DNA of 64,000 nucleotides from Lytechinus pictus (taxonomy: Eukaryota): positions 9,178,001 to 9,242,000 of the forward strand of contig NC_087252.1 of the NCBI RefSeq assembly GCF_037042905.1, read 5' to 3'. A program made the position numbers and the translations under genes. Positions 12,588 through 27,963 of the stretch are shown here, piece after piece (within the stretch, counting starts at the first letter, position 1; the number at the start of each line of letters is the position of its first letter). Under the pieces are notes generated by a model that had not been told where the DNA came from, searched no databases, and saw only the letters and a list, made by a program, of their open reading frames with translations.

Positions 12588-14671
12588 TATTTCAAAATAA
12601 ATTTTCCATATCCGTTTCATTTTTTTTCCATGAGGAAAACATTTCTATATATACATAAGGTTACATAAGGTTCAGTTCTGGACGAGGGATCTTCTGTTCC
12701 TCTAAGTCCAGCTCCTGGTGGTAAACAGTGACGTCTGAATAATTAGCGCGGTCCGGGGGCGAATTTTTAAACCGTAGGATGGCCACTGAAGAATCATGAA
12801 TTATTCATGAGCCATTCGCTTCGCAATCCGCCTCCCTCAACACATATAGTCTGTAATAGAGACCGTGTTTATTGTGAGCGTTTAAACGCTGCTTATGTTA
12901 TGACAGTTTTTTTTTTCGTCTTGAATTATATTCTTTCCTCATCTTGATAAAAAAAATATATTGTAGTTATTAATCCAAGATTAAATCTAGATCTACTACA
13001 AAATATCTCGCCGCACAAAATATGAACCTTATAATCAAATTTGAATTCTGCATTACGCCACCAAAAATCAATCGTTTTTTCAAATTGTAATACATCCTTA
13101 GACTCTACTATATCAATGAAATAGTTTAGCAAAAACCTTTAAGAGAAAATTTCTAATTTCAAAAAACATTTCCAAGTCGAATATTGTTGTTTGTTGTTTT
13201 TGGCAGTCGCGTAACAGCCGGGGGAAGGGGGCAGGTGGGCAAGGTGCCCCCCTGGCGGATTTCACAGGGGAAAAAGGGAAAAGGAAGGGAGAAAGAAAGG
13301 GAAAGGGGAAGGAAAGGGGGAAAAGAAAGAAGGAAAAGGAAAGGAAAAAGGGTGCACTTTTTAAAAAGACTTTATTTGGATGTGCGCAGATGTTTCTGGA
13401 TGAAAGTTCATGGTTGATATTACGCCGCCATGTCGACTCCTTCATAGACTTTGTAAACGGGGGCGTATTTTATTCACGTATGAAAAATAAAAAATATGTA
13501 TTTATCCCCTCTATGAACGTTATGTCCCACCTTCCCCTAATATGGTTAATTTCATTTTCAATATGAAAGGATTTTCTTTCCATATCACTGATCTAACGAA
13601 AATATTTCATTTGTCTGTACATAACACGAATAGCATCAGAACACGTTTGGACCTAAAAAGAAACTTAATCTAAAATTGAAACAAAATTATTTAAGGTGGG
13701 AGGTATTCTTTTTTACAATTGTACATAGAAGTTGTTTACAAACCCCTATATATCGTGTAGACGCCTTCAATGTCGGTTGTCTCTTACCATCTATTCACCC
13801 CGAAATCACGGCCGTCAGCGCAAAGGATTATCATTTAAGTTTCGGGGGGGGGGGCTGTGAACATCTTCAGTTGCGCCCCCAACGCAACAGATAATCCTCT
13901 GCGCTGACGGTCATGCCCAAAACAACATATATGACAGAACAAAACCTTTATCTCAGACAACGTCACAACGCAGCAATATTTTCAACGTAATGACATGCGC
14001 TATACAAGAACTGCGTTAGTATTATCATTATTGTTAATGCAAAAAAATAGAATCTAATCGAAACCAGCACAAACGCACGTTTTGTACAATTGGTTTTCAG
14101 TATTGTAAATAATAATCTTGTTTGAAAAAGAAATAAATAATTGCTCTTTACTTCAGGTTTTTTGTAAATTATTTTTTTGTAAATTATTAAATACATGTAT
14201 GTCCTTTTTTCGTACCACGTTTATAATTTTTGTCATTACAATAATGTCTTTATACTTTCATAGGATTTATTGTATTTCCTTTCTTGTGATATTCTTGACG
14301 AATAAATTCAATTACTCAATCAACCAACAGACATGACAGAACAAATTTTTATTTCAGACAGCTCAGCAATATTTTCAACGATACATGTAGAACGCTATGC
14401 TGGAAGAGCGTCTTTACGCATATTAGGGATTTTATAAACAACTTCTATCCCCAATTGTAGGAAAAATACATTCAACCTTGAATAATTTTGGTTCGATTTC
14501 AGAGTTTCTTTTTAAGTCCAAACTTGTTATTTTTTATATTTCACGGTATGGACAAACACATAAGATATTTTGTTTTATTAGATCAGTGATATGAAAAAAA
14601 TAAGAAAAGGCACCAAGCTTATACTGAAAGTGTTAACAGGTTTTGCTGCTGCATGCTACTACAACTGATAT

Positions 14672-14739
<68 letters not shown>

Positions 14740-14761
14740 TTACTACTACTACTACTACTAT

Positions 14762-14807
<46 letters not shown>

Positions 14808-17800
14808 ACTACTACTACATCTACTACTACTACTGTCTACTACTACAACTACTACTACTACTTTTGCTACTACTCCTACTTCTACTACTACTACTATTGC
14901 TATACTACTACTAGAAATACTACTACTACTACTACCACTACTACTAGTACTATACCGTTACCACTTCTACTACTACTACTACTACTACTACTACAACTAT
15001 GATCACTCTAACCTGTATCATTAAAGAATTATACCCCTTTGAACCATGCAATATTCACATAAATTGATGTGTAATGTGGAGTGAGTTATGTCCATTTTCT
15101 GTGAATGGCGACCATTTTGAACGCCATCTGAGGACTTTTAGTTTGTTATTATAGACAAATCACTGGACGTATCCTGAAAAAAAATCAGCTTGTTACCTGA
15201 AATTTCCTTTCTTAAGAATATTTTGGCCTAATGCTCTTGGCCTAAATGTTTGTATACTATAATAGGAGCTTTATCCTGTCAAGGTTTTCTTTCTGTTTAT
15301 TGTATTTCATATTTTGTGATATTCTTGACGAATAAGAACAATCAATAAATCAGCCAACATAACACAACTTTTTTGAAGAAACGCAGTTCCAACAATGCAT
15401 GTAGAACGCTATGTTGGAAGAGCACCTTTTTATAGTAGTGGTTTTGTATAAAACAACTTCACAGTCCAGTTGTTAGAAAAAATAACTCCAACCCTAAAAA
15501 TTATGTTTCGATTTTAGATTAAGTTTCTTTTTAGGTCGAAACGTGTTTTGATACTATTCATGGTATGCACAGACAAATAAGATATTTTTCTTTAGATCAA
15601 GGATATGGAAAGAATAAAAACATTTCATACTGAAAATGAAATTAACCATATTAGGGAAGATGGGACACAACGATCATAGGGGGGGAAATAAAATTTTGAA
15701 ATTTTCATAAGTGAATAAAGTACGCCCCCTTTACAAAGTCTTTGAAGCAGTCGAAAATGCGGCACAATATCAACCATGTACTTTATTCCAGCAACATCTG
15801 AGCACATCCGAATAAAGTCTTTTAAAAAATGTGCACCATGGTGATCTAAGAAAAGGGAATGATTATAGAGCTGAAAATTTTTAGTTGCCGTAGCAAGTTT
15901 TATAAAATATTCGTATTATGTTAATCATGATACGATATCAAGATATCAACGTTGAGACACACGCTTTGCATGCTTCAGGGATTTTGCATGTAAACCTCTT
16001 ATAAGAAAATACAATATTAAGGGAAATAAACTATAAATGTTAGGGAAAAATTGAACCTTTTTGCTCCAAGTATGTACATATTGCCCCAGTTGAAAATGGC
16101 GTGTTTGTTATTATCAAACGTGCTTTAACTTAAGATCAGTTGCATTGTTTGTGGTAGTTGAGTAACCTCAATTATATGGTTCAGGGGAGCGTTTCATCAA
16201 TATTTTCATCCGACAAGTTGTCAGATCTGACATCTTTCCATGATTTTGATTGGCTGTGAGGCACTGTTCCTATGGTAACTGTTGGATAAAATGGGACTTG
16301 TCGGATAAAACGTCCGACAAGTCCTTTCATGAAACGCCCCCCTGGTGTATTGTTTGCAGGTCGTCATAAAGATTGTCAGGAATAGAACTGCAAGCGGAAA
16401 ATGTCAAGACAGATATGGGATGAAGAGGCAATGAAGAGTGCCATCGGGGGGGGGGGGTGCATTTTGCCCAAGTGACGGGGCAAAAAGTAATTTTTTGCGT
16501 TTCACTGAAATTTACAACTGGAAATTTATGTCCTTGATATATAAAAGTACAAGCAATATTCATCTAAAATTGTCATTGTCATTGTACTTGTATTGCGTCG
16601 TTGATGACGTCTTAATATCAATTTTGAAATTCAGTATTCCATTATGCCATACCTTCCCTTAATTGTCTCATTATATTTGCATTAAAAAATACTTGACACT
16701 GTTTTGCTAGATACGATACCACTTATATTACTACTTCTGCCACTACTTCTACTACTACTACTACTACTTCTACTACTACCACTACTTCTACTACTACTTC
16801 TACTGCTATTACTTCTAACTACTGCTACTATACTACTACTTCTACTACTTCTACTACTACTACTACTACTACTACTACTTTTACTTCTACTACTATTACT
16901 ACTACTACTACTACTACAACTACTACTACTACTACTACTTATTCTACTAGTAGTACTACTGCTACTCCTGCTACTACTACTACTACTACTACTACAACTA
17001 ATGCTACTACTTTTACAAAATTAAAAACTACTACTGCTACTTTTACTCCTACTAGTACTACTACTACTGTTACTACCTCTACTACTACTACTACTACTAC
17101 TATTACTACTACATGTACGTCCAGAGGCGTCGATTCTGGGGGGGGGGGCAGGAGGGGCGATCGCCCCACCAATGAAAATATTGGGGGGCAAACATATCAT
17201 TTTGCCCCCCCCCCCCCCAATAATTCCGCATGTGGATCTGAAAATAAAAAAAGATTGTAATGTTACACGGAAATCAGCAAGCAAGATCGAGACACCAACT
17301 AGTTCTTTATTTAAAATTGTGCTCAAAATGTTCGCTTTTCAGATGGGAATACAAAAATTTTCAGCTCGCGCTTCGCGCTCGCATCATTTCTGTAGCAAAA
17401 ACCCATACTTTTCATGATTAAATAGGTAAATAGAATTTCCCGTTTTCAGTTCTAAACCTCAAAAGAACTCCCGCTTCGATTTGCAATAAACTTTTATTAG
17501 ATGTATATCTTGTTCTGTTAAAAGCGTCCATTAAACTGTCATCTTTTTTTTCAGATCGAAATATCAAAATTTTCAGCTCGCGCGTCGCGCTCGTATCTGC
17601 GTGGAGCGTTGTGGCCCAGTGGATTAGTCTCCGGACTTTGAAACAGAAGACTTTCATCAAAAACCCAAGAGGGCCACCAGAATTGTCAATTCTGAACCCC
17701 GTGGAACATGATTTGGCAAAGGGAACATCAAGATTCATTAACTAGACACTTTAGGCAATACATAAACGTTGATTAAAAATATATTATGATGGTGCACAGG

Positions 17801-20800
17801 AACCCCCATTTCCGACTCGACTACAATAATGCAATCATACATGCTCTAGGTTTATTGTTGAAAACTAGGCTTAAAACGTAGCCTATAGACTGTCAAGTGG
17901 GCAATCAATCTTTGTTGAAACCATTTTTTTATCAGCACCTTCGGTAATAATTGCAGCGGTAATAATGGCAAAGGTAAAAATGGCAGTGGTAATAATGGAA
18001 GCGGTGATGCTGGCGAAGGTAAAAATGGCAGGGGTAATAATGGCAGAGGTAAAAATGGCGAAGGTAAAAATGGCAGTGGTAATAGTGGCAAAGGTAAAAA
18101 TGGCGAAGATAAAAATGGAGGGGTAATAACGGCAGAGGTAAAAATGGCAGGGATTTTAATGGAAGAGGTAAAAATGGCAGAAGTAAAACACTTGGAGGTA
18201 TTATTGCCAGTCGTAAATCCCAATGCAATAGATTGTCCAAAAACCCCGCATGTCCATAGATTAGATAAGAATATATGTACACGGTTAGGCATTTCATCAT
18301 AACATTATATCTTCATCGGCCGAACAATGCTATTTACGAATTCTATGGAGGTGTATTTGAACCTTGAGGGCTTTTTTGAGATTTGAAAGACAGAAATTTC
18401 TTCATTTAATTTATCAAAAGCAAAATGAAACTGGGCTATTCTCATTCATCTTTTAATAACATTCCATTTTGTCTGATCTAAAGCTTTGCAAGGTTTACCG
18501 ATAAAAAAGGAGGAGGAGTATACATGAGAGAGGTGGAAGGACAGAGACGGTTTGGGGAGTGGGAAAGAGAAAATATAGAGGGGAAAGCTTAGACGTTGAA
18601 ATTGTCACGAACGATTGTGGTTAAATATTTTGTCCTTATTTGTATACCGTCTGTACTAATCTTTTTAAACATTTGAATAACAATAGACATGCATTCCCAG
18701 GTTATGCGCTGAATTTGTAACTTATAAAAATCAATAATAATCTTGTTTTGCCTGGTGAACCAGTTTGGGATCAATCGAGGGTCTGGTTCAGTAACTTTGA
18801 AGATTATTTCTTCTTTTATGACGGGACACAAAAGTTATTCACGTAATCCTGACAGCCGCTTTCAAAATGTTCAATGGCATTTCTCTTGCAGGAAATATTA
18901 ATGCATTGAGCATTGTGTAAAAAAAAATATAATTTATGATTTTGCACGCCAAGACTCAATACATAGTGAAACTAAAACTGAAATCAAAATGAAAATGAAA
19001 TCTTGACGAGCGCTTGAAACAGCAGTTATTTTGTATGCATTTTTGTTCTATATTGCGTGAAAAAGTTAATTCTATGTAAATATTGTATATACGTTAAATG
19101 TTTTAAACGTTGTATATTATTTCCGAAACTCTTCCTCGATTTTTTGTTTTAGTCGAAAGAAAAAAATAATGGAAAATCTATAACGTTTTATATAGCACGC
19201 AAATTGGTTTCTGCGTTTTACTTGTTAAGAAACTATTTTATTGGTCCTTCTCCCTCATTATCCATGCAACTTAAAGACATACAGCGCGTATCAAACAAAA
19301 ACCAGGACAGATTTGAAAAGTCTATAAATTATTGTCTCAAATTATGATGTCTATATTTTGGTGTAAATAGGTGCTCTTAGGTCTTATCTTTATCTGAGTA
19401 ATATGATGATCAGACTTCTTGCTAATCAGGTGACTTCCTCTCGACCTTTTCATTATCTGTGCCACAATTTTCGAATTATGCTGTCAAATTTTATTTACAA
19501 CTTTATTTATTTACTTGAATTATTTTGTTTTTTTTCATTTAAACTTCTCTTACCTTTTAGTTTTCCTTCAAAAGTAACTGAGAAAAGAAGATTTTTTTGT
19601 CAACCCAAGCAAGAAGATTTGCATTATTAATTGGGAAAACTTGTCATTATTCAAATCCTTTTATTATGTGAAACAAATTATGTTATGTACCTTTAAAAGA
19701 CATGAATCTATTTTTCAAGGGGTCATTGATTCCTTGACCAAGTTTAATTGCTTGACAGGAAACACAGGAAGGGATTTATGTCTTTCAATGACAATGGTAT
19801 ATTGAGTCAATTTCGAAGGAGCTAGATATGGCAGATCGGGAAAATGTATTCAAAATTTGTGAGCGAGCGAAGTGAGCACGCAAATATTCCCACTTTTTTA
19901 TTACAATATCAAATTTTGTGATAAATTTTGACATAATATTCAGAAAATAATATCATATTTTACCTTCTATCTTTCCTTTTATTTCCTGTTCACTTTTTTT
20001 CTTCTTCATGATTTTTTTTATTGAGGGGGAGCATTCGAAGCCCCCACACATCTGTGTGGCACTATTCAAAAGGCACCATAACGTTTGTACATGTAGCACA
20101 CAATGAAAGGATTTTTTTTTGGGGGGGGGGAATCCACGCTTTCTCATACTTCGGTTGAAACAAAATTGTTTTAGCTTGAAGAAGGAATATTCAAAGCTAA
20201 CAGAGAGCATTTTAAAAAGAAGCAACAACAGAACTATTCAAGCAAATAAATTTTGAATTTTGACCGCATGCTTTAAAAATTGTGGCAAAGATAATGAAAG
20301 AGTAAAGATGAAGTCTGCTCATTAGCAAGAAGTCCGATCATCATATTTATAATTTTAGGCCATTTTGGCGCAAGCCTCCTTTTTGACCCCAAACGAAAAC
20401 ATTCCGTGTTCGCTCAAGCATGAACGAAACTAATTTTTTTAATAGCATTTGAAAGATAAGACCTTAGAACACATATTAACACCTTAGACATTATAATTTG
20501 ATACAAAAAAATTATAGACTTTTCAAATCTGTCCCGGTTTTTTTTTTATACGCACTGTATAGTCGTGCATAATTTTTTTTATAAAAATGAATAGACTTTG
20601 CTTTTTAGGTAGATACAAAAAAGTACGAGATACATTATTTAAGAAAAACATAGTGTTGTAACTGGATGTAGCCATAAAAGGCCCAGATAGAATTATTAAG
20701 ATAACCACACCTGATATCAAATATAGTGTATTCAGTATGAGAATTATATCAATAGAAAATTGATTCGTGAAATTGAAAGAGGTTGTCTAGATAGTGTAAA

Positions 20801-23800
20801 CAAGTAATTTCATTTTCCATATTTAAAAGCATGTAAAGCACTGCAGTAAAAACATACTGAGTTGTATAAATACGAAGACAAAATCGACCTATAAGAATAA
20901 GATTTGATTTTCCTTTGAACAAATGTGCCACGCCACCAACAACCGACAATCTGTCAGGGAATGTTCTCTCACTGGATATAGCCCCAGAAGTCTTAAAAAA
21001 TTAAGAAATAGCAAATACTATTTGAAGAATGTTTCATCCTTTTCATGCTCCCAAATTTATAAATTAAACAAGTGGAACGCTTCTGGCAGTCTCGTCTGCA
21101 TTACTCAATTCGATATACATGTATAAGCCTCGGAAAGTAGTTTTTCAAGATGGCGTTTGGCGGCCATCTTGGATTTGATCCGAAGATTATCCTTTATGCA
21201 AAATTACAACATGAATTGAAGCAACATACCAAATAACTCACCAATAGTATTAATGTTCATGATTCTGGGGCAAAGGGTTCAAAAGTTCATATTTCAAGAT
21301 GGCGTCATATGGCGGCCATCTTGGATTTGACCTGAAGATAACATTATATTGCAAAATAGATAGCAGAAATGGATTCTACACACCCCAAAATCCCGAAACA
21401 AAGGTATTACTCATCATTCTGGGGCAAGGGGTTCAAATAATTTTTTTCAAGATGGCATCTGGCGGTCATCTTGGATTTGACCTGAAGATGACCTTATGAT
21501 GCAAAAATAATAATAGAAATGGATTCTACACAACCCTTAACCCGTAAAATTTGTTATTGCTCATCATTTGGGGCAAGGGGTTCAAAACTTAGGTTTTCAA
21601 GATGGCATGTGGCGGCCATTTTGGATTTATGCAAATTAGCAAAATTGCCCTTAGTTGCCGTTTGGGCAACCAAGCTGAATTTGTTCTAGGACCCCATACG
21701 AACATGAATCAAGAAAAAAACTTCATCGGAAGAACATTTCTAGGTTCGGAAAATGTCAAATCGACTACTAGAGCTTCCTGGACCATTTGAGTGGGCCAAT
21801 GCTGATGCAGGACCCCGGCCGCAAGGGGCTTCGCGCTCGTGATGTGCGCAAAAAACATCAAATGAGAGTCTCCAGTTTTCTAGGGGATCCAGGCGGGAGA
21901 ATCTCCAGATCAGGTGTTTGGGGTTGGAGTCTCTGCTTTATATTTACATAACTTAATATGTAATTACTGCAGTGGTTTTCATGCGTTTAAATATGAAAAA
22001 TAACATTATGTGTCTACTACTGTGTAGAAAACCTCTTTCAATTTCACGAATTAATTTTTTATTGATATAATTATCATACTGAATATAGTATATTTGATAT
22101 CAGATGTGGTTATCTTAATACTTCGATATCGGTTTTTATGCCTACAACCAGTTACAACACTATTTTTTTTCTTAAATAATGCATCTCGTTCTTTTTTGTA
22201 TCTACCTAAAAAGCAAAAGTCAATTCATTTTTATAAAAAAAAAATTTGCACGACTATATTAAATTGCATCGATAATGAGGGAGAAGAACCAATAAAATAG
22301 TTTTCTTTTAACAAGTAAAACGTAGAAACCAATATGCGTGCCTTATAAAACGTTATACATTTGCCATTATTTTTTCTTTCGACTAACAAAAAAAATCTAG
22401 GAGGAGTTTTGGAAGCAAGATTTAACGTATATACAATATTTACATAGAATGAACTTTTTTCATGCAATAATGAAAAAAGAATGCATACAAAATAACTGCT
22501 GTTTCAAGCGCTCGTCAGGATTTCATAGAGACTATAAGGCTACGCCCCTTCAAAGAATCATTTTGATTTCGGTTTTAGTTTCACTTTATATTATTATTGA
22601 GCGTTGGCGTGCAAAACCATAAATGATAAAGATTTCTTTTTTACACAATGCATTGATATTTCCTGCAAGAGAAATGCCATTATTAAAGCATTCTAAAAGC
22701 TTCCGTCAGGATTTCGTGAACAATTTTTGTGTCCCGTCATAAAAGAAGAAATAATCTTGATTTTATTAGTTTCATTTTGATTTTGGCCTTTTTACTTTCA
22801 GATTTAAGTTCCAAACGACCAATTTATCAATGACATGGCGTGTGAAAGCACGAATAATTTGATTTTCTTTGGACCACTGTTCATAGTAAATTCTAAATGG
22901 ACCGTTTCATTTGAATGAACTGCTTTGACACACCTGAAATGGAGAGATCGACCTATTTCCATTGTATCCATGAACAAAGTTAATTCAATAATAACAACTT
23001 TCATTTTAGGGGCTAAGGTTGTCTGTTTAGAGATAAATACTTTTGATGCATATCGAATGGCATATTGGTATCTTTATTAGATTTTTTTTGCTTTTCTTAT
23101 AAATTTTGGAAAATGATTTAACTGCAGGAATAAACTATCATTATTATAGGTTTTCCCGCTCAATTTCGCACTTAGTGCATGCAAGAGTATAAATAGTTCA
23201 TTCAATTTCGCTAAAGAGCAACCAATAATTCAAACTAGTCATCCAAAATCTCCATAGGGCGATCATTTTGGCTTAAGAGCAATCAAAAGTGTAAATACAC
23301 CAATCAGATTCGCCATACATGTAGTCCTCTCAAGTTAACACCGGAGGTCACGTGTCTGAAGACAGAGCGTTCAATTTCGCTATTATGTATCCATGTTCAT
23401 AACTAGTGCATTCAGTTTAGCACTGTATTTACATGACTTGTTATACATATTCAAACATTCCTCGCTTGTTTTTTTTCCGGCCTGCAGTATGTGTGCCACC
23501 AGTGACCATTCATAAGACTGCACTGACAATTTACATTATTCTTTACAGATGCTTGTAAGAAAACAATATAAATAAAATAGAAGCAGTAGCCTACTTATTT
23601 AGAAAGTTGTTTTGTCTTATTAAGTATATACATTTAATTTTATGTTTTTAAAGATTATAAAAGGTTTAAAAAAAATTACATAAGGGAAGAAAACCGCAGT
23701 CAATGTCTCAAGTTTTGATGAAAAGATATTTGTTTTAAATGGTTAAAGTCATAGGAAAACACATGCAAGATAAAAAGAACATTAAACGTAAATATGAAAG

Positions 23801-26616
23801 AAGAAAATCATGATGTTGTATACATGCTATGATTAAGTCTCGAGTCAATGCATATGTCGATGAGATGGTGCAAATGACAAGAAAATATACATTAAGAACA
23901 AAAAAAAATACAAATATACAAAAGACATATGAATTAACACAGGGAAATGTCAGCAAATTTTCCCTCTGTTAATTCATATGCCTTTAGCCATCCGATATTT
24001 AATATGGACATAGTAAGCTCATAAAATGGAAGAAAATATAAACATGATAAAGTTATAAAACAAATAGAAAAAAATACGTGTGCTAAATTGCATGCTCATA
24101 TTGTATAATTGAATGCCCTAACAATGGCGAAATCGAATGCCCTTACATAGCTCGAGGGGGTTTCACGGGCGAACTTGGTTGCATTATGTACAAATTCGTA
24201 AGCCGAGTGGCACATTTTTTTTAACAAGTGCACACCAAGTTACCAATAATGCACATAGCATTTCCATTTATTTCAAAGCAGGATAAAAGAGATAATTAGA
24301 AAATAAGGATTTGGTTGTTCTAAAGCGATCATGAATGCCAAATTGCTATTTTGGTTGCACTATAGCGAATTTGAATGCCGACTGGTGATTTTGGCTGCCC
24401 TATCTAATATATTGAATGATCTATTTATACTTTCTCATGCACTATGTGCGAAAATCAATGACCTATCTTTACTTTTGCATGCACTAAGTGCGAAATTGGA
24501 CGAAAAATCTATATTTCAAAATAAATTTTCCATATCCGTTTCATTTTTTTTCCATGAGGAAAACATTTCTATACATACATAAGGTTACATAAGGTTCAGT
24601 TCTGGACGAGGGATCTTCTGTTCCTCTAAGTCCAGCTCCTGGTGGTAAACAGTGACGTCTGAATAATTAGCACGGTCCGGGGGCGAATTTTTAAACCGTA
24701 GGATGGCCACTGAAGAATCATGAATTATTCATGAGCCATTCGCTTCGCAATCCGCCTCCCTCAACACACTAGTCTGTAAAAGAGACCGTGTTTATTGTGA
24801 GCGTTTAAACGCTGCTTATGTTATGACAGTTTTTTTTTCGTCTTGAATTATATTCTTTCCTCATCTTGATAAAAAAAATATATTGTAGTTATTAATCCAA
24901 GATTAAATCTAGATCTACTACAAAATATCTCGCCGCACAAAATATGAACCTTATAATCAAATTTGAATTCTGCATTACGCCACCAAAAATCAATCGTTTT
25001 TTTCAAATTGTAATACATCCTTAGACTCTACTATATCAATGAAATAGTTTAGCAAAACCCTTTAAGAGAAAATTTCTAATTTCAAAAAACATTTCCAAGT
25101 CGAATATTGTTGTTTGTTGTTTTTGGCAGTCGCGTAACAGCCGGGGGAAGGGGGCAGGTGGGCAAGGTGCCCCCTTGGCGGATTTCACAGGGGAAAAAGG
25201 GAAAAGGAAGGGAGAAAGAAAGGGAAAGGGGAAGGAAAGGGGGAAAAGAAAGAAGGAAAAGGAAAGGAAAAAGGGTGCACTTTTTAAAAAGACTTTATTT
25301 GGATGTGCGCAGATGTTTCTGGATGAAAGTTCATGGTTGATATTACGCCGCCATGTCGACTCCTTCATAGACTTTGTAAACGGGGGCGTATTTTATTCAC
25401 GTATGAAAAATAAAAAATATATATTTATCCCCTCTATGAACGTTATGTCCCACCTTCCCCTAATATGGTTAATTTCATTTTCAATATGAAAGGATTTTCT
25501 TTCCATATCACTGATCTAACGAAAATATTTCATTTGTCTGTACATAACACGAATAGCATCAGAACACGTTTGGACCTAAAAAGAAACTTAATCTAAAATT
25601 GAAACAAAATTATTTAAGGTGGGAGGTATTCTTTTTTACAATTGTACATAGAGGTTGTTTACAAACCCCTATATATCGTGTAGACGCCTTCAATGTCGGT
25701 TGTCTCTTACCATCTATTCACCCCGAAATCACGGCCGTCAGCGCAAAGGATTGTCATTTAAGTTTCGGGGGGGGGCTGTGAACATCTTCAGTTGCGCCCC
25801 CAACGCAACAGATAATCCTCTGCGCTGACGGTCATGCCCAAAACAACATATATGACAGAACAAAACCTTTATCTCAGACAACGTCACAACGCAGCAATAT
25901 TTTCAACGTAATGACATGCGCTATACAAGAACTGCGTTAGTATTATCATTATTGTTAATGCAAAAAAATAGAATCTAATCGAAACCAGCACAAACGCACG
26001 TTTTGTACAATTGGTTTTCAGTATTGTAAATAATAATCTTGTTTGAAAAAGAAATAAATAATTGCTCTTTACTTCAGGTTTTTTGTAAATTATTTTTTTG
26101 TAAATTATTAAATACATGTATGTCCTTTTTTCGTACCACGTTTATAATTTTTGTCATTACAATAATGTCTTTATACTTTCATAGGATTTATTGTATTTCC
26201 TTTCTTGTGATATTCTTGACGAATAAATTCAATTACTCAATCAACCAACAGACATGACAGAACAAATTTTTATTTCAGACAGCTCAGCAATATTTTCAAC
26301 GATACATGTAGAACGCTATGCTGGAAGAGCGTCTTTACGCATATTAGGGATTTTATAAACAACTTATATCCCCAAATGTAGGAAAAATACATTCAACCTT
26401 GAATAATTTTGGTTCGATTTCAGAGTTTCTTTTTAAGTCCAAACTTGTTATTTTTTATATTTCACGGTATGGACAAACACATAAGATATTTTGTTTTATT
26501 AGATCAGTGATATGAAAAAAATAAGAAAAGGCACCAAGCTTATACTGAAAGTGTTAACAGGTTTTGCTGCTGCATGCTACTACAACTGATATTACTACTA
26601 CTACTAATACTACTAC

Positions 26617-26669
<53 letters not shown>

Positions 26670-26694
26670 TTACTACTACTACTACTACTACTAT

Positions 26695-26743
<49 letters not shown>

Positions 26744-27963
26744 ACTACTTCTACATCTACTACTACTACTACTAGTCTACTACTACAACTACTACTACTA
26801 CTTTTGCTACTACTCCTACTTCTACTACTACTACTATTGCTATACTACTACTAGAAATACTACTACTACTACTACCACTACTACTAGTACTATACCGTTA
26901 CCACTTCTACTACTACTACTACTACTACTACTACAACTATGATCACTCTAACCTGTATCATTAAAGAATTATACCCCTTTGAACCATTCAATATTCACAG
27001 AAATTGATGTGTAATGTGGAGTGAGTTATGTCCATTTTCTGTGAATGGCGACCATTTTGAACGCCATCTGAGGACTTTTAGTTTGTTAATATAAACAAAT
27101 TACTGGACGTATCCAGAAAGAAAATCAGCTTGTTACCTGAAATTTCCTTTCTTAAGAATATTTTGGCCTAATGCTCTTGGCCTAAATGTTTGTATACTAT
27201 AATAGGAGCTTTATCCTGTCAAGGTTTTCTTTCTGTTTATTGTATTTCATATTTTGTGATATTCTTGACGAATAAGAACAATCAATAAATCAGCCAACAT
27301 AACACAACTTTTTTGAAGAAACGCATTTCCAACAATGCATGTAGAACGCTATGTTGGAAGAGCACCTTTACATAATAGTGATTTTGTAAACAACTTCACA
27401 GTCCAGTTGTTAGAAAAAATAACTCCAACCCTAAAAATTATGTTTCGATTTTAGATTAAGTTTCTTTTTAGGTCGAAACGTGTTCTGATACTATTCATGG
27501 TATGCACAGACAAATAAGATATTTTTCTTTAGATCAAGGATATGGAAAGAATAAAAACATTTCATACTGAAAATGAAATTAACCATATTAGGGAAGATGG
27601 GACACAACGATCATAGGGGGGGAAATAAAATTTTGAAATTTTCATAAGTGAATAAAGTACGCCCCCTTTACAAAGTCTTTGAAGCAGTCGAAAATGCGGC
27701 ACAATATCAACCATGTACTTTATTCCAGCAACATCTGAGCACATCCGAATAAAGTCTTTTAAAAAATGTGCACCATGGTGATCTAAGAAAAGGGAATGAT
27801 TATAGAGCTGAAAATTTTTAGTTGCCGTAGCAAGTTTTATAAAATATTCGTATTATGTTAATCATGATACGATATCAAGATATCAACGTTGAGACACACG
27901 CTTTGCATGCTTCAGGGATTTTGCATGTAAACCTCTTATAAGAAAATACAATATTAAGGGAAA

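Larger units (their letters stand above)
5738..17649 (+). repeat. Tandem segmental duplication, unit B (11,912 bp)
   Basis: Bounded by the same junction at 5737|5738 and 17649|17650, and colinear with 17650-32906. Confidence 0.95.
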
